A stretch of DNA of 64,000 nucleotides from Candidatus Latescibacterota bacterium (lineage in GTDB: Bacteria > Latescibacterota > UBA2968 > GCA-2709665): positions 3,392,001 to 3,456,000 of the forward strand of contig OZ252100.1 in assembly GCA_965248435.1 (NCBI GenBank), written 5' to 3'. Shown here one piece after another: positions 9,198 through 18,616 of the stretch. The notes beneath the pieces were generated by a model. It saw nothing but the letters and a program-made list of their open reading frames with translations, searched no databases and had not been told where the DNA came from. A program made the translations under genes and the position numbers. How positions within the stretch are numbered: the stretch's first letter is position 1; each line of letters begins with the position of its first letter.

Positions 9198-10637
9198 GTG
9201 CTCGCCAAGATATTCAAGAAGAGCGGACGCCGCTCTGCAGCCAGTCAGTCGGCGCTGCATCGGCTCGCCAAGTTCGATGCACGTTACGCCGAGTGCACTG
9301 TTGTGCGTAGCGCGGACGGCAAGAAGATTCAGGATGAGGTGGGCCCGGTCTCGTTTTATCGCCGGGAGAATCGTCTCTTTACTCGAGGCCAATCGCTGTA
9401 TCTGGCACCTCCAGAGGGATTCAGGCCGGACGAGGTCCCGTTCTCAGGCCGCGGCGAGGTCTTGAACCTGCGGTTTTACCACGGGAGCATTCCCTACAGT
9501 CTGGACTGCCAGGTGGTGCAGCGGGTCCGGTTCTCCGAGCGGCTGCTCGGGGGACTCGAACCCAGGGCTCCAGTAGGCTACAAGCTTACGCCGGTCAACG
9601 ACGTTGAAAGAAACGAGAACAGACGCGCGCTTCGCTTCTCCAACGCTCGAGGGGCCAAGGGTACTCGGGTCCTCCCGTATTTTCGGTTTGATCTCTTCGT
9701 GGAGCTGGTTCGTCAAGGAGGTCTGCCTCACGAGACGCCGCCAGAGGTGGTGCCTTACCCGGGCGACGACCCCGTACCTGACGAAGTGAAGGCGTGCGAG
9801 TCTCCGGAAGAACTGGTCAGGTTTTTCCACTGCATGCTCCTGGCCAATCCTCCTCACCTCCAGCAGGTCCACCTGACAAAGATTCTGTCCAATTCGAAGA
9901 CCGGAACCACGGAGTTCTTAGATCTTGGGTATCGTCCCGTCCTCGGATTGAAAGGGGAGAAGAAAGGGAGTCAGATTCACGTTCGGAGCCCGGTTGCCTC
10001 TTCCCGAAAAGAGAAAATAGCGCCTGAAAGTCTGCGTGACGGAGACCTTGTTGTTGTTCGTTTTGTGGGGCGATGCCTGATCGACGGGATGGACACGCAC
10101 TACAGCTGGGTGTGCAGGGTGTTCAAACGTGGACTGGAGGTGGTCGTGATCCGTCCCCGCGGCAAGATCACCAGGCAGACGGGGCTCGCCGTCGCACTGC
10201 GAGATTTTAGCCTGAGCGGCGTTCGAATCCAGAACAACCCGCTTCTCGAGACATACCTTGTGGGTGAGGACGAGATTCCGGACGACCCAGAGGCGGTTCT
10301 GGAGCGTCTTGAAGAAACCCGAATCCTACTCCACTTCCATCCCAGGATGCATTTTCCGAACGAGCTTGGGATCTATCGACCGCACGTCCCAGCGGCATTC
10401 TCCATTCTAGGGGAGATAGTACGGGGCCGCGTCGAGACACGGAAGGATAAGGACACTATTTCGGACCTTGGGATCGCATTCCGTTATGATCCCGCGGACT
10501 ACGATGGTGATCAGTTCGAGGTCACGGCCTGGGAGCCTCTTCGCAACCTGAGAGAAAATGTGGAATTCAAAGAGATCAACCGGGCATTGAACGGACTCGT
10601 GGCGTGCCTAGAGATGAACAAAGCAAGGCCGAAATAG
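9198..10637 (+). CDS. Hypothetical protein, putative split PilZ/YcgR-like c-di-GMP receptor (paralog A)
   Basis: 479-aa ORF with GAGG RBS; RRALR and DFSLSG motifs; co-linear similarity to 44264-45721. Coding is near-certain; function is inferred. Confidence 0.6.
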   Translation: MLAKIFKKSGRRSAASQSALHRLAKFDARYAECTVVRSADGKKIQDEVGPVSFYRRENRLFTRGQSLYLAPPEGFRPDEVPFSGRGEVLNLRFYHGSIPYSLDCQVVQRVRFSERLLGGLEPRAPVGYKLTPVNDVERNENRRALRFSNARGAKGTRVLPYFRFDLFVELVRQGGLPHETPPEVVPYPGDDPVPDEVKACESPEELVRFFHCMLLANPPHLQQVHLTKILSNSKTGTTEFLDLGYRPVLGLKGEKKGSQIHVRSPVASSRKEKIAPESLRDGDLVVVRFVGRCLIDGMDTHYSWVCRVFKRGLEVVVIRPRGKITRQTGLAVALRDFSLSGVRIQNNPLLETYLVGEDEIPDDPEAVLERLEETRILLHFHPRMHFPNELGIYRPHVPAAFSILGEIVRGRVETRKDKDTISDLGIAFRYDPADYDGDQFEVTAWEPLRNLRENVEFKEINRALNGLVACLEMNKARPK

Positions 10638-10657
10638 AAGCCGAAGCACTGTTATCC

Positions 10658-10702
10658 AAAAAAAAGTCGCCCATCTGATTCAAGGAATCGGATGGGCGTT
10701 TT
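10658..10702. terminator. Bidirectional terminator between convergent genes
   Basis: A8 then CGCCCATCTGATTC-AAG-GAATCGGATGGGCG then TTTT. Confidence 0.8.
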
Positions 10703-10747
10703 CGATTTGTCCGTTCGCGATGTAAAGGCTGTCTCCGGCTCTGGGGA

Positions 10748-13700
10748 TTACTCCCTGGCGCCGATGAGCCCGTTGATCCAATCCGTAGCGCGCCACACCA
10801 CCCTTCGCACCTTCAACCACATAGCGACTCGATCTGCTTCATTTACCTGGGCCGGATCCGCCTGGACCAGGTCGGTCCAACGGTCCCAATGTCTGAGCGC
10901 CTCTTCCACGTTGCCGAGTGCTTCCTGGCTCGAAGCCAACGCCAGGTGGACCTCCGGATTGTCTCCGTGGCGCTCCAGGGCCTGCTGATAGGCCTCAACT
11001 GCGCGCTCGTTCTCACCCCTCGCCTGTGCGATGTTCCCCAAGAGGAGATGTGCTTTCAAGGATTCCGGTTCACGCTTCAGGTGTTCTTTGCAGTGAAACA
11101 GCGCCGCATCATACTGTCCCGATTTGTAATAAATGACCGAGAGGTTGAGATAGATGCCTGGGTCATCGGGCGACCGCTCAAGGGCTTCGCCAAGTTCGCC
11201 GAGTGCCTCCTCGAGATGCCCCCCTGCTGTATATAGCGAGCCCAGGTTGATGTAGGGCACGGGATCGTCTGAATCGAGCGCTTTGGCCTCCCTGTAGTGC
11301 CCGAAGGCGCGTGTTGTATCACCACGGGAGAGTGAGACGTTGCCGAGGCCTATTTCCACTGCTACAGATTCAGGATCCAGATTCCGTGCAGATTCAAAGG
11401 CCTCCTGGGCCGAAACGAGTTTACCCTGCCGAAGACGGGCGCTGCCGAGGCTGACGTAGAGGTCAGCGTTTTCCGACCTGGTTTCCAGGCCGCGCTCGAA
11501 CAGGTCCACCGCCCCTTCCACTTCCCCTCTAGCCAGGTGGACCGCGCCGAGACCGAGCAACGCCGGGACAAACGAAGCGTCGCGCTCAAGGCAAAGCGAA
11601 TAGGCTGAGGCCGCCTCTTTTGGCAGACCCTGGAGATCATACAATCGACCCAGATTGTAGAGCGGCTCGGGATCCGCTGTGCCCAACTCTGCGGCCTTCT
11701 TGAAGGCAGCCTCTCCCTTATCGAGTCTTCCAAGGCCGGCATACACTGCACCCAGGTCGTTCCAAAGATCCGGGCGTCGGGGTGAAAGCGATACGGCCTT
11801 TTCGAGTGAGGTCTCTGCACGTGCAAAGTCCCCTGAGGCTGCCGCCTCTCGACCTCGCCTGGCGTAGGTTTCCGGTCCAGGCTTTCGCGGCGGAATAGCC
11901 GCCCGTGTCCTTGCCAGACCAGAGAGGGCCTCTGGGTGCTGGGAATTCAATTTCAATGCCTGCCGATAGGCATAGAGCGCCGCTCGGTTGTTTCCCAGCA
12001 ACTCCTCGGATGCGGCGATACCCACATACAGTTCGGGCGTTTGCTGACCCAGGTCCAGGGCCTTCAGGAAGGCCTCCCGGGCCAGTTTGGCTTCTCCGGT
12101 TTCAAGATATACCCTGGCCAGTGGAGCCGCTGCACGAGGATGGCCAGGTTCGATTTCGAGCGCTCGCTCATACTGCCGCCTTGCCTTCTCCAAGTCGCCC
12201 GCTGCAAGGTGTATCTCTCCCAACAGGTGATGGACCTCACTGACATCGGGGTCGAGTCGCGCTGCCATTTCCAGACTTTCCTGGCCCTCCCGCTTGTTCC
12301 CCTGCACCCAAAGGAGCCTGCCCAGAGACAGATGGATGTCCGCACGCTCTGGCGCGTGCGCGAGGGCCTGTCTGTAGGCTGTTTCCGCCTGATTGGTTTG
12401 GCCCAGGCGATCCAGCGTCCTGCCCAGCCAGAGGGAGACCTCAGGCTGTGTGGACTTTATAGACAGGGAATTCTGGAAGCGCTCTGCGGCCTCCGAAAGC
12501 TGTCCCTGAGCCGAGTAAACCTGGCCCAGCACGGTCTGGATATGGGGGTTTCCCGAATCCAGCTTCGAGGCTTCTTCCAGGATGGCGGCCGCCCGTGTCA
12601 GATCGGCCAGTTTCAGTGCCAGCTTTCCTTTGACGAAGAGAAGATCGGGATCGTGGTCCCCCTGAAGCGCCTCAGCTCTCTGTATGGCCTTCCCGGCCTC
12701 ATCGTATCGACCGGTCTCCAGGTATGCGGATGTGAGAGCGGTGTGGGAAACCGGATCGCCAGGCGAGAGTTCAACGGCTCTTTCCAGGGCGTCGACGGCC
12801 CATTGCCCGCGACCCTGTTGGAGATACAGCTTACCGGCCTGATAGCGTGTGGCGTGCTGATCCGGGTGAAGCTGGATGGCCCGCTCGAAGGCCACGAGGG
12901 CCTGGTGCGGCTCGTTCAACTCAAGGTAAACCTCTCCGAGCATCTGAAACGCACGGTCATCCCAGGGGGTGGCTTTAGCCGCGCGCTCGAGCATTTGGGC
13001 CTGCTTCCGGAAGTCTCCGCTCCCACGGGCAAGTTCCGCCAATCCGTAGTGGGCGACCGCGAGGTGCGGGTCGAGTTCGACGGCCTGTTCATAGGTGGCT
13101 GCGGCAGCCGTTGGAAGATTCTGAAGGGTATAGACCGCTCCCTGGAGTAGATAGGTCATCGGGTAGTCCGGGTCCGCCTTTTGCGCTTTTCGAAGGTGTT
13201 TCAACGCCTGCCTCAAGCTGCGCTCCCGTCTCTTTCCTTCCGGCATCGCCTGAATTTCCAGGAGCAGGCGCTCGGCATCTACGGCGAGTTTGTGGGCCTT
13301 CTGCGAAGGGGTGGCCCATCTAGAGGCAGGCTGGAAGGCTTCCTTGTCGATGGATAGGTCCAGGGCATCGAGCAGCTGAACGGTAATCTCGTCCTGAATT
13401 GCAAACAGATCAGAGGCCTTCCCGGTCCTGTAGACAGACCCGACGACCTCTCCAGACGCAGCCTTGACGAACTGGCAAGCGATCCATATGTCTGCGCCTT
13501 TCTGCTTGGGCGGAGGAGCGCTCCACTGGAGGAAACTGGCGGCTTCCTTCCGGTCTTTCGGGGTGCCCACGAGGCCGATCAGGAACCACTCCGTGTCCAG
13601 CCAGCGGCCAAGGGGCTGCATCGCCGCAGGTGGAATCCAGGCCGCCTTTTCCGGTTTTATCCCTGCATCTCCGAGCCCGTCGAGGACCTCACCCGAAGGG

Positions 13701-13888
13701 ATGATTCGAACCGGAGGAAGTCGCCTGAGTTTCTCGGTCAGGGATGAGGTCGTAGCCATCCCGTGCCATCGCATCTTGGCGCGATCTTTCGCGATTCCGA
13801 ACGGGAGGACTGCAACGGACGGACGGTCGGCTGCGAGCCCGGGCTGGAAGGAAAGCAGGAGCAGCATTCCAGCGATCCAGGGCCGCAT
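10748..13888 (-). CDS. Exported TPR-repeat protein with N-terminal TolB-N/CsgG-like alpha/beta domain
   Basis: Signal peptide MRPWIAGMLLLLSFQPGLA, RPSVAVLPF motif, then many 34-aa TPR units (LG..Y...G...A...F..A..LDP). Confidence 0.85.
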   Translation of the reverse strand: MRPWIAGMLLLLSFQPGLAADRPSVAVLPFGIAKDRAKMRWHGMATTSSLTEKLRRLPPVRIIPSGEVLDGLGDAGIKPEKAAWIPPAAMQPLGRWLDTEWFLIGLVGTPKDRKEAASFLQWSAPPPKQKGADIWIACQFVKAASGEVVGSVYRTGKASDLFAIQDEITVQLLDALDLSIDKEAFQPASRWATPSQKAHKLAVDAERLLLEIQAMPEGKRRERSLRQALKHLRKAQKADPDYPMTYLLQGAVYTLQNLPTAAAATYEQAVELDPHLAVAHYGLAELARGSGDFRKQAQMLERAAKATPWDDRAFQMLGEVYLELNEPHQALVAFERAIQLHPDQHATRYQAGKLYLQQGRGQWAVDALERAVELSPGDPVSHTALTSAYLETGRYDEAGKAIQRAEALQGDHDPDLLFVKGKLALKLADLTRAAAILEEASKLDSGNPHIQTVLGQVYSAQGQLSEAAERFQNSLSIKSTQPEVSLWLGRTLDRLGQTNQAETAYRQALAHAPERADIHLSLGRLLWVQGNKREGQESLEMAARLDPDVSEVHHLLGEIHLAAGDLEKARRQYERALEIEPGHPRAAAPLARVYLETGEAKLAREAFLKALDLGQQTPELYVGIAASEELLGNNRAALYAYRQALKLNSQHPEALSGLARTRAAIPPRKPGPETYARRGREAAASGDFARAETSLEKAVSLSPRRPDLWNDLGAVYAGLGRLDKGEAAFKKAAELGTADPEPLYNLGRLYDLQGLPKEAASAYSLCLERDASFVPALLGLGAVHLARGEVEGAVDLFERGLETRSENADLYVSLGSARLRQGKLVSAQEAFESARNLDPESVAVEIGLGNVSLSRGDTTRAFGHYREAKALDSDDPVPYINLGSLYTAGGHLEEALGELGEALERSPDDPGIYLNLSVIYYKSGQYDAALFHCKEHLKREPESLKAHLLLGNIAQARGENERAVEAYQQALERHGDNPEVHLALASSQEALGNVEEALRHWDRWTDLVQADPAQVNEADRVAMWLKVRRVVWRATDWINGLIGARE

Positions 13889-13981
13889 CCTCAGACGGCA
13901 GGCTCGGTGCGATCGAAGAAAGGTAAAAGATCCCATATCTTTATGAATATCGGCCGGTTATGCCGGTTTCTCCACGAAAAT

Positions 13982-15334
13982 TCAGCCTCTTTCGAAGCGC
14001 GCGGCAAATGCACCGTCACAGCCGTGGCGCTGAGGCAGGGTCTGAAGGTAGGGTCCGGAGACGTCCGGGTTCAGGAGGTCGGGAGCCGAATCCAGGCGAA
14101 AGTCAGCACGGGCGTCGAGGAAGGCCTCTACGACACCTTCATTCTCTTCGGGTTCCAGGCTGCACGTGCTATAGACCAGCACGCCGCCGGGGAGGACCTG
14201 ATCGGCGGCTGCCTTGATGAGTTCGAGCTGACGGTCGATAAGTCCCGGGAGATCGGATTCCTCGAGTGTCCAACGGCGTTCGGGGTGGTGTGAGAGCACC
14301 CCGATCGCGGAGCAGGGGGCATCGACGAGGACGCGGTGAAAGGCAGGGCGCGTGGGCAGAAGGCGCCCATCAGCGATCACAGGGACCACGGCCGTCTGTC
14401 TAAGGCGCCCCAGGTTCTGTCGGAGCCTGCGGAGGCGTCCGGCGTGGAGGTCAACAGCCAGTACCAGGCCCCGCTGCTTCATCTTTTCGGCGGCAGCGGT
14501 GGCCTTTCCGCCCGGTGCGCTGCAGAGGTCGAGGATCCGCTCTCCTGGTCGGGGGTCTAGGCACGCGACGACCAGCCCTGCCCCCTCTCCCTGAACAGAG
14601 AACCAGCCGGAACTGAAGGCCTGCGTTCGGAACAGCGCCCCGACTTTGGGGACAATGAAGTAGCCCTCGACGAGGGATGAAGGCTCTACGCTTATGCCTT
14701 CTGTCTTCAGCTGAGACTGGAGGGCCGCCGGGCTTGCGAGGGAGGGGTTCGCGCGGATCGTGACCGACGGGCGCGCGTTGTTGAACTCGCAGAGCCTCCG
14801 GGTCTCCTCGAATCCCCAGCGGCGTATCCAGCGCGCGACCATCCACTCCGGGTGAGAGGTCTCCAGGGAGAGAAACCGGGAGGGGTCGGATTCTGAATCG
14901 GGAAGCTGGACGGGTTGCCTGTCTTCGGATACTCCCCTGAGTACCGCGTTTACGAACCCGGCAGCTCCGTCTCCATCTCTTCCTCGAGCTGCGTCGACCG
15001 ACTGAGAGACGACGGCATAGGCTGGTATCCGATCGAGGTAACGAAGCTGGTAGACGCCCAATCGGAGGATGTTTCTGAGGCTGGATGAGAGCTCGGAGAG
15101 AGGCTTCTTCAAGTAGGGCGAGAGGAGGTGATCGATCGTTCCCTGCCAGGTGAGCGTCCCGAGGACCAGCTCCTGCAAGAGGTTGGAATCGGAGGGATTC
15201 AGCTCCTGGGAGCTCCGGGACGATTCGATGAGCGGGTCGGCATAGGCTCCGTTTTCGACACGACAGAGGATGTCGAGTGCGCATCTGCGGGCACCTGACT
15301 CTGACTTCGTCGTTTGTCGCTCGTTGTTCGTCAT
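13982..15334 (-). CDS. rsmB: 16S rRNA m5C967 methyltransferase RsmB/Sun
   Basis: NusB-like N-terminus (GFVNAVLR), SHPEWM, LDLCSAPGGK, DAPCS, YSTCS. Confidence 0.93.
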   Translation of the reverse strand: MTNNERQTTKSESGARRCALDILCRVENGAYADPLIESSRSSQELNPSDSNLLQELVLGTLTWQGTIDHLLSPYLKKPLSELSSSLRNILRLGVYQLRYLDRIPAYAVVSQSVDAARGRDGDGAAGFVNAVLRGVSEDRQPVQLPDSESDPSRFLSLETSHPEWMVARWIRRWGFEETRRLCEFNNARPSVTIRANPSLASPAALQSQLKTEGISVEPSSLVEGYFIVPKVGALFRTQAFSSGWFSVQGEGAGLVVACLDPRPGERILDLCSAPGGKATAAAEKMKQRGLVLAVDLHAGRLRRLRQNLGRLRQTAVVPVIADGRLLPTRPAFHRVLVDAPCSAIGVLSHHPERRWTLEESDLPGLIDRQLELIKAAADQVLPGGVLVYSTCSLEPEENEGVVEAFLDARADFRLDSAPDLLNPDVSGPYLQTLPQRHGCDGAFAARFERG

Positions 15335-15340
15335 TTGTCT
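15306..15340. repeat. Five degenerate tandem heptamers overlapping the rsmB start
   Basis: TTCGTCG TTTGTCG CTCGTTG TTCGTCA TTTGTCT. Confidence 0.65.
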
Positions 15341-15375
15341 TCGGAGTCCGGATGGATCATATCGTCACACAAAAG

Positions 15376-15409
15376 AAACCTCACCGCTGAGACGCAGAGA
15401 CCGCAGAGA
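15376..15409 (+). repeat. 9-bp periodic repeat (CGCAGAGAC type)
   Basis: AAACCTCAC CGCTGAGA CGCAGAGAC CGCAGAGA; its 13-bp head AAACCTCACCGCT recurs at 50252. Confidence 0.65.
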
Positions 15410-15561
15410 TTTTATGCAAAAAGAACGACAGATCGAAATCATTCCTTGCTTCTCTTAAATAAGTGTAGAGTCGCGCGGACTGTCAAGAAGGGTTCCTGAA
15501 AGAGAAGAAAGCCTGACAGGGCACATCTCGCCCTCTGGATGTCTATTCTCTGAAACCGCCC

Positions 15562-15590
15562 TTGACTTTGAATCAGACCTAGGATAAATT
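15562..15590 (+). promoter_or_regulatory. sigma70 promoter for clpP
   Basis: TTGACT-17bp-TAAATT. Confidence 0.65.
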
Positions 15591-15638
15591 GAGCGCAGTT
15601 TGTTTCGTTTTTGAAGTCAAAAAGCGTGAGGAGGCCTG

Positions 15639-16262
15639 ATGCGTGAAGAGCGTTGGATGCTAAGCGAAGAGGAGGAGGAGGAAGAGGAAGAGGAGAAGCA
15701 GGAGGACGGTGATCGAGCGTTTCTGGGTCGCAGCCTGATCAAGGCTCGGACCATCCTTATTTCGGATCCCATCGACCACCGTCTGACGACCCGGGTCATC
15801 GCCCAGCTCCTCTTGATGGACCACGATGACCAAAAAAAGCCGATTAAGATATTTATCAATTCCCCTGGGGGAAGCGCAGATGATGGGTTTGCGATTTATG
15901 ACATGATTCGCTTCGTCAGGCCGGACGTAAAGTTGATAAGCGTCGGGCTCTCGGCGAGTGCCGCTACTGTGATTATGCTCGCGGCAAGGAAGGAGAACCG
16001 CCTCGCGCTGCCAAACGCGCGGATCATGATCCACCAGCCGTCGATGCGATCGTTCGGGGCGGCAGAAGACATCAAGCGGACAGCGGAGCAGATTTTGAAG
16101 TTGAGGGAACGGATCAACCAACTCTATGCGGAGGAAACGGGACAGGCCCTGGACAAGGTCAAGGAAGATACGGATCGAGACTACTGGATGTCGGCAGATG
16201 AGGCCGTCGACTACGGTCTAATCTCACGAATCGTGCGTGACTATTCTGAGCTGGGTGAGTAG
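15639..16262 (+). CDS. clpP: ATP-dependent Clp protease proteolytic subunit
   Basis: FINSPGGS, GLSASAA (Ser), MIHQP (His), DRDYWM (Asp), A..YGLI. Confidence 0.95.
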   Translation: MREERWMLSEEEEEEEEEEKQEDGDRAFLGRSLIKARTILISDPIDHRLTTRVIAQLLLMDHDDQKKPIKIFINSPGGSADDGFAIYDMIRFVRPDVKLISVGLSASAATVIMLAARKENRLALPNARIMIHQPSMRSFGAAEDIKRTAEQILKLRERINQLYAEETGQALDKVKEDTDRDYWMSADEAVDYGLISRIVRDYSELGE

Positions 16263-16267
16263 CATCT

Positions 16268-17434
16268 TTGTCCGTGGATTGTAAAACAGGGGACCCCGTG
16301 GAACTATCAACTGATCCTGTCGGGACGAGCGAACCGGTCAACACCCGTATTCTGGCGGTGTCGGAAGACAGAATTCAGGGATTTCAACGGGATCCGCTGG
16401 GCCAGATCTCAAAAGAATCCGGCGTGGAGCTGCCGCTGGTCGTTGAGCGGATTCGGGCTATGCTCGGGGGGGGGACGATTCGCCGAGTGCGGCAGACGTT
16501 GATGTCGACGAACCTGGCTCACGGGGCCCTTGTCGCCTGGCGTGTGTCCAAAGAGCGGCTACAGGAAACGTTTGACCGGATGTTTCGAGAGGATCCTTTC
16601 TCCGGGCACGTGGTGATTCGATCGACGGACAGTGAAACGACAGGCTCGGCCTACCGGCTCTGGACGACGCTCAAGGTTCCTCAGGGGTATTCTCTTGAGA
16701 AGCATTGCGAACACCTCAAGCGCTGGACCGGCGCCGAGCAGTTCTGTGCGATGCCCGCCAAGTGTATTTTTGCCCTCGGCGTCGGGCACGTCCGTCGCCG
16801 GGGAATGCAGGTTGGAAGCAAGACCGAGGCCCTGGGGGATGTGAAGTTCCCCGGGCTCGTGAAGCTGAGTGAGCTTGAATGGCGTGTCCTGATGGCCATC
16901 AAGTCGGAGTTCTCGTCAGAAGAGATCGGAAGTGAGATCTGGGAGGGGCGTGCCAAACAGGCCGACCTGCCTGTTGAACGTTTCTATGAGGTCGCGGAGG
17001 AACTGGACAGGAAGGGCGTCATCGGTCGGTTTTCCACCTTTCTCGAGCACGTTAAACCGCTCGAGAGCGGAGAACGGGTCACCCGCTACAACGGCCTCTT
17101 TCACTGGGCGGTTCCACAGGGTCGGGAGGTTGAGGCCGGACGCGAAGTGGGCAGGCATCACGTTCTGACGCACTGCTATTGGCGAGAAGGCGGGCCCGAG
17201 TTCGGCAACGTGAACCTGATGGCCGTTGCACACGGGATGGAGCGCGATCTGGTTTACGAGCACAAGGCCGCGATCGATCAACACCTGGATGACGTGGGGA
17301 TTCCGGTGAGCTACACGAACGTCTTTTGGGGGGGACGGAGTGAGATCAAGCCGTCAGAGATCTCCCCGATCGCGTATCAAAGCTGGTGCGTGGAGATGGG
17401 CATCGATCCCGAAGATATGAGGGAAGGTTCGTAG
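16268..17434 (+). CDS. Fused AhbA/AhbB (NirD/L/G/H)-like siroheme decarboxylase family protein, Lrp/AsnC fold
   Basis: Two wHTH+RAM repeats; GTIRRV..GALVAWRV in the first half; GVIGRF, LTHCYWR and NLMAVAHG in the second. Confidence 0.7.
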   Translation: MSVDCKTGDPVELSTDPVGTSEPVNTRILAVSEDRIQGFQRDPLGQISKESGVELPLVVERIRAMLGGGTIRRVRQTLMSTNLAHGALVAWRVSKERLQETFDRMFREDPFSGHVVIRSTDSETTGSAYRLWTTLKVPQGYSLEKHCEHLKRWTGAEQFCAMPAKCIFALGVGHVRRRGMQVGSKTEALGDVKFPGLVKLSELEWRVLMAIKSEFSSEEIGSEIWEGRAKQADLPVERFYEVAEELDRKGVIGRFSTFLEHVKPLESGERVTRYNGLFHWAVPQGREVEAGREVGRHHVLTHCYWREGGPEFGNVNLMAVAHGMERDLVYEHKAAIDQHLDDVGIPVSYTNVFWGGRSEIKPSEISPIAYQSWCVEMGIDPEDMREGS

Positions 17435-17466
17435 GGGCCTGGAGAAGAGGTCGAGGAAGTGAACAG

Positions 17467-17494
17467 GGGCTCGCCGCAGGCGGGCCCTTTTTTT
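17467..17494 (+). terminator. Rho-independent terminator
   Basis: GGGCTCGCC-GCA-GGCGGGCCC followed by T7. Confidence 0.85.
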
Positions 17495-17686
17495 ATGTCG
17501 TCGAATTTCGGAAAACCCCGGGGGAGGAGAAACGACGCTGGTTGCCAGAGAGTCGCACACTGCGGCCCTGTTGGTTTTGAGCGATGCATTTCTCGCGATT
17601 CAGGGACGCCATTAACCATTGCTTTAACCGCAACGTTTCGGTGAAGAACCAAAGAAGAAGCGTGCTGCTTTTCCCTTTCGAGAGGA

Positions 17687-18562
17687 TCATGCCCGTTTTG
17701 CGACCATCAAAATCGTGTCGTATAGATTTACGTCTAATGCCTTCTTGATGAAAAGAGATGCGAAGTAGAGGCATCCGTGAGCGATTTTCGAGATTCCTGC
17801 TGCGGAATAGTAGGGATCCAAGGTATCCTCTACTACGGTGAAGTTTTCGTTCGACAGCCATCTTTTGAGGCTTGAAACGGTAAAATGCGACAGGTGTATT
17901 TCTCTCAAGGTGCCGTCCAGCGTCAATCTTGGAAGCCCGAATGTTCCGTAGTTTTTGAATTTTCCGATTTTCAAGATTGAAAGCGTCCGTCTAACCGGAC
18001 GTTTTATGAAGGAATGGATTTCATTCGGGACTGCAATAATGAGAACGCCGTTCGGGGTCAACAAGCTGTAGCATTTTTTGATGACGAGAGAGGGGTTCGG
18101 TACGTGCTCCAATACGTGGAACAAGGTTATCACGTCGAACCTGCGGTCACCAAAGTCGATATCCTCTACCTGGCCTTTTTCCAGGTCCAGGTCGTATTTT
18201 TCCTTCGCTATGTTTATCGCGCTTTCCGAGACCTCAGTTCCTTCCACCTGAAAATGATCTCTCGCGAAATGCAGAAACTGTCCTATTCCTGTGCCGATGT
18301 CCAGAAGCGCGCCGGTGCTCTTGAACCGCTTCACCATCCTTGTCCGTCTCAGCCAGAGGGCGTCGCGCCCCCTTTCTTCCCTAAGCCACGAATCGTATTG
18401 GCTTTCTCGTGAGTAAAACTCTTCGATTTCACCGAAGGTAGGTCTTGGATTGTCGAATATGCATCCGCAACCGTGGCATTTAAACAGATTGTGACGGACG
18501 TCTACGGCAAATATTTTCGCACTATTGCACAGGCTGCACTTGTCCAGGAATTCCAATTTCAA
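17687..18562 (-). CDS. Class I SAM-dependent methyltransferase with N-terminal Zn-ribbon
   Basis: CSLC..CHGCG, LLDIGTGIG, FDVITLFHVLEHV, L.PNG.LIIAVPN. Confidence 0.88.
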   Translation of the reverse strand: MKLEFLDKCSLCNSAKIFAVDVRHNLFKCHGCGCIFDNPRPTFGEIEEFYSRESQYDSWLREERGRDALWLRRTRMVKRFKSTGALLDIGTGIGQFLHFARDHFQVEGTEVSESAINIAKEKYDLDLEKGQVEDIDFGDRRFDVITLFHVLEHVPNPSLVIKKCYSLLTPNGVLIIAVPNEIHSFIKRPVRRTLSILKIGKFKNYGTFGLPRLTLDGTLREIHLSHFTVSSLKRWLSNENFTVVEDTLDPYYSAAGISKIAHGCLYFASLFIKKALDVNLYDTILMVAKRA

Positions 18563-18616
18563 AGACGGTGTTCCTCGTGGGATTCGGGATGATGCCAGCG
18601 AATAAGCGGGGCTGAG

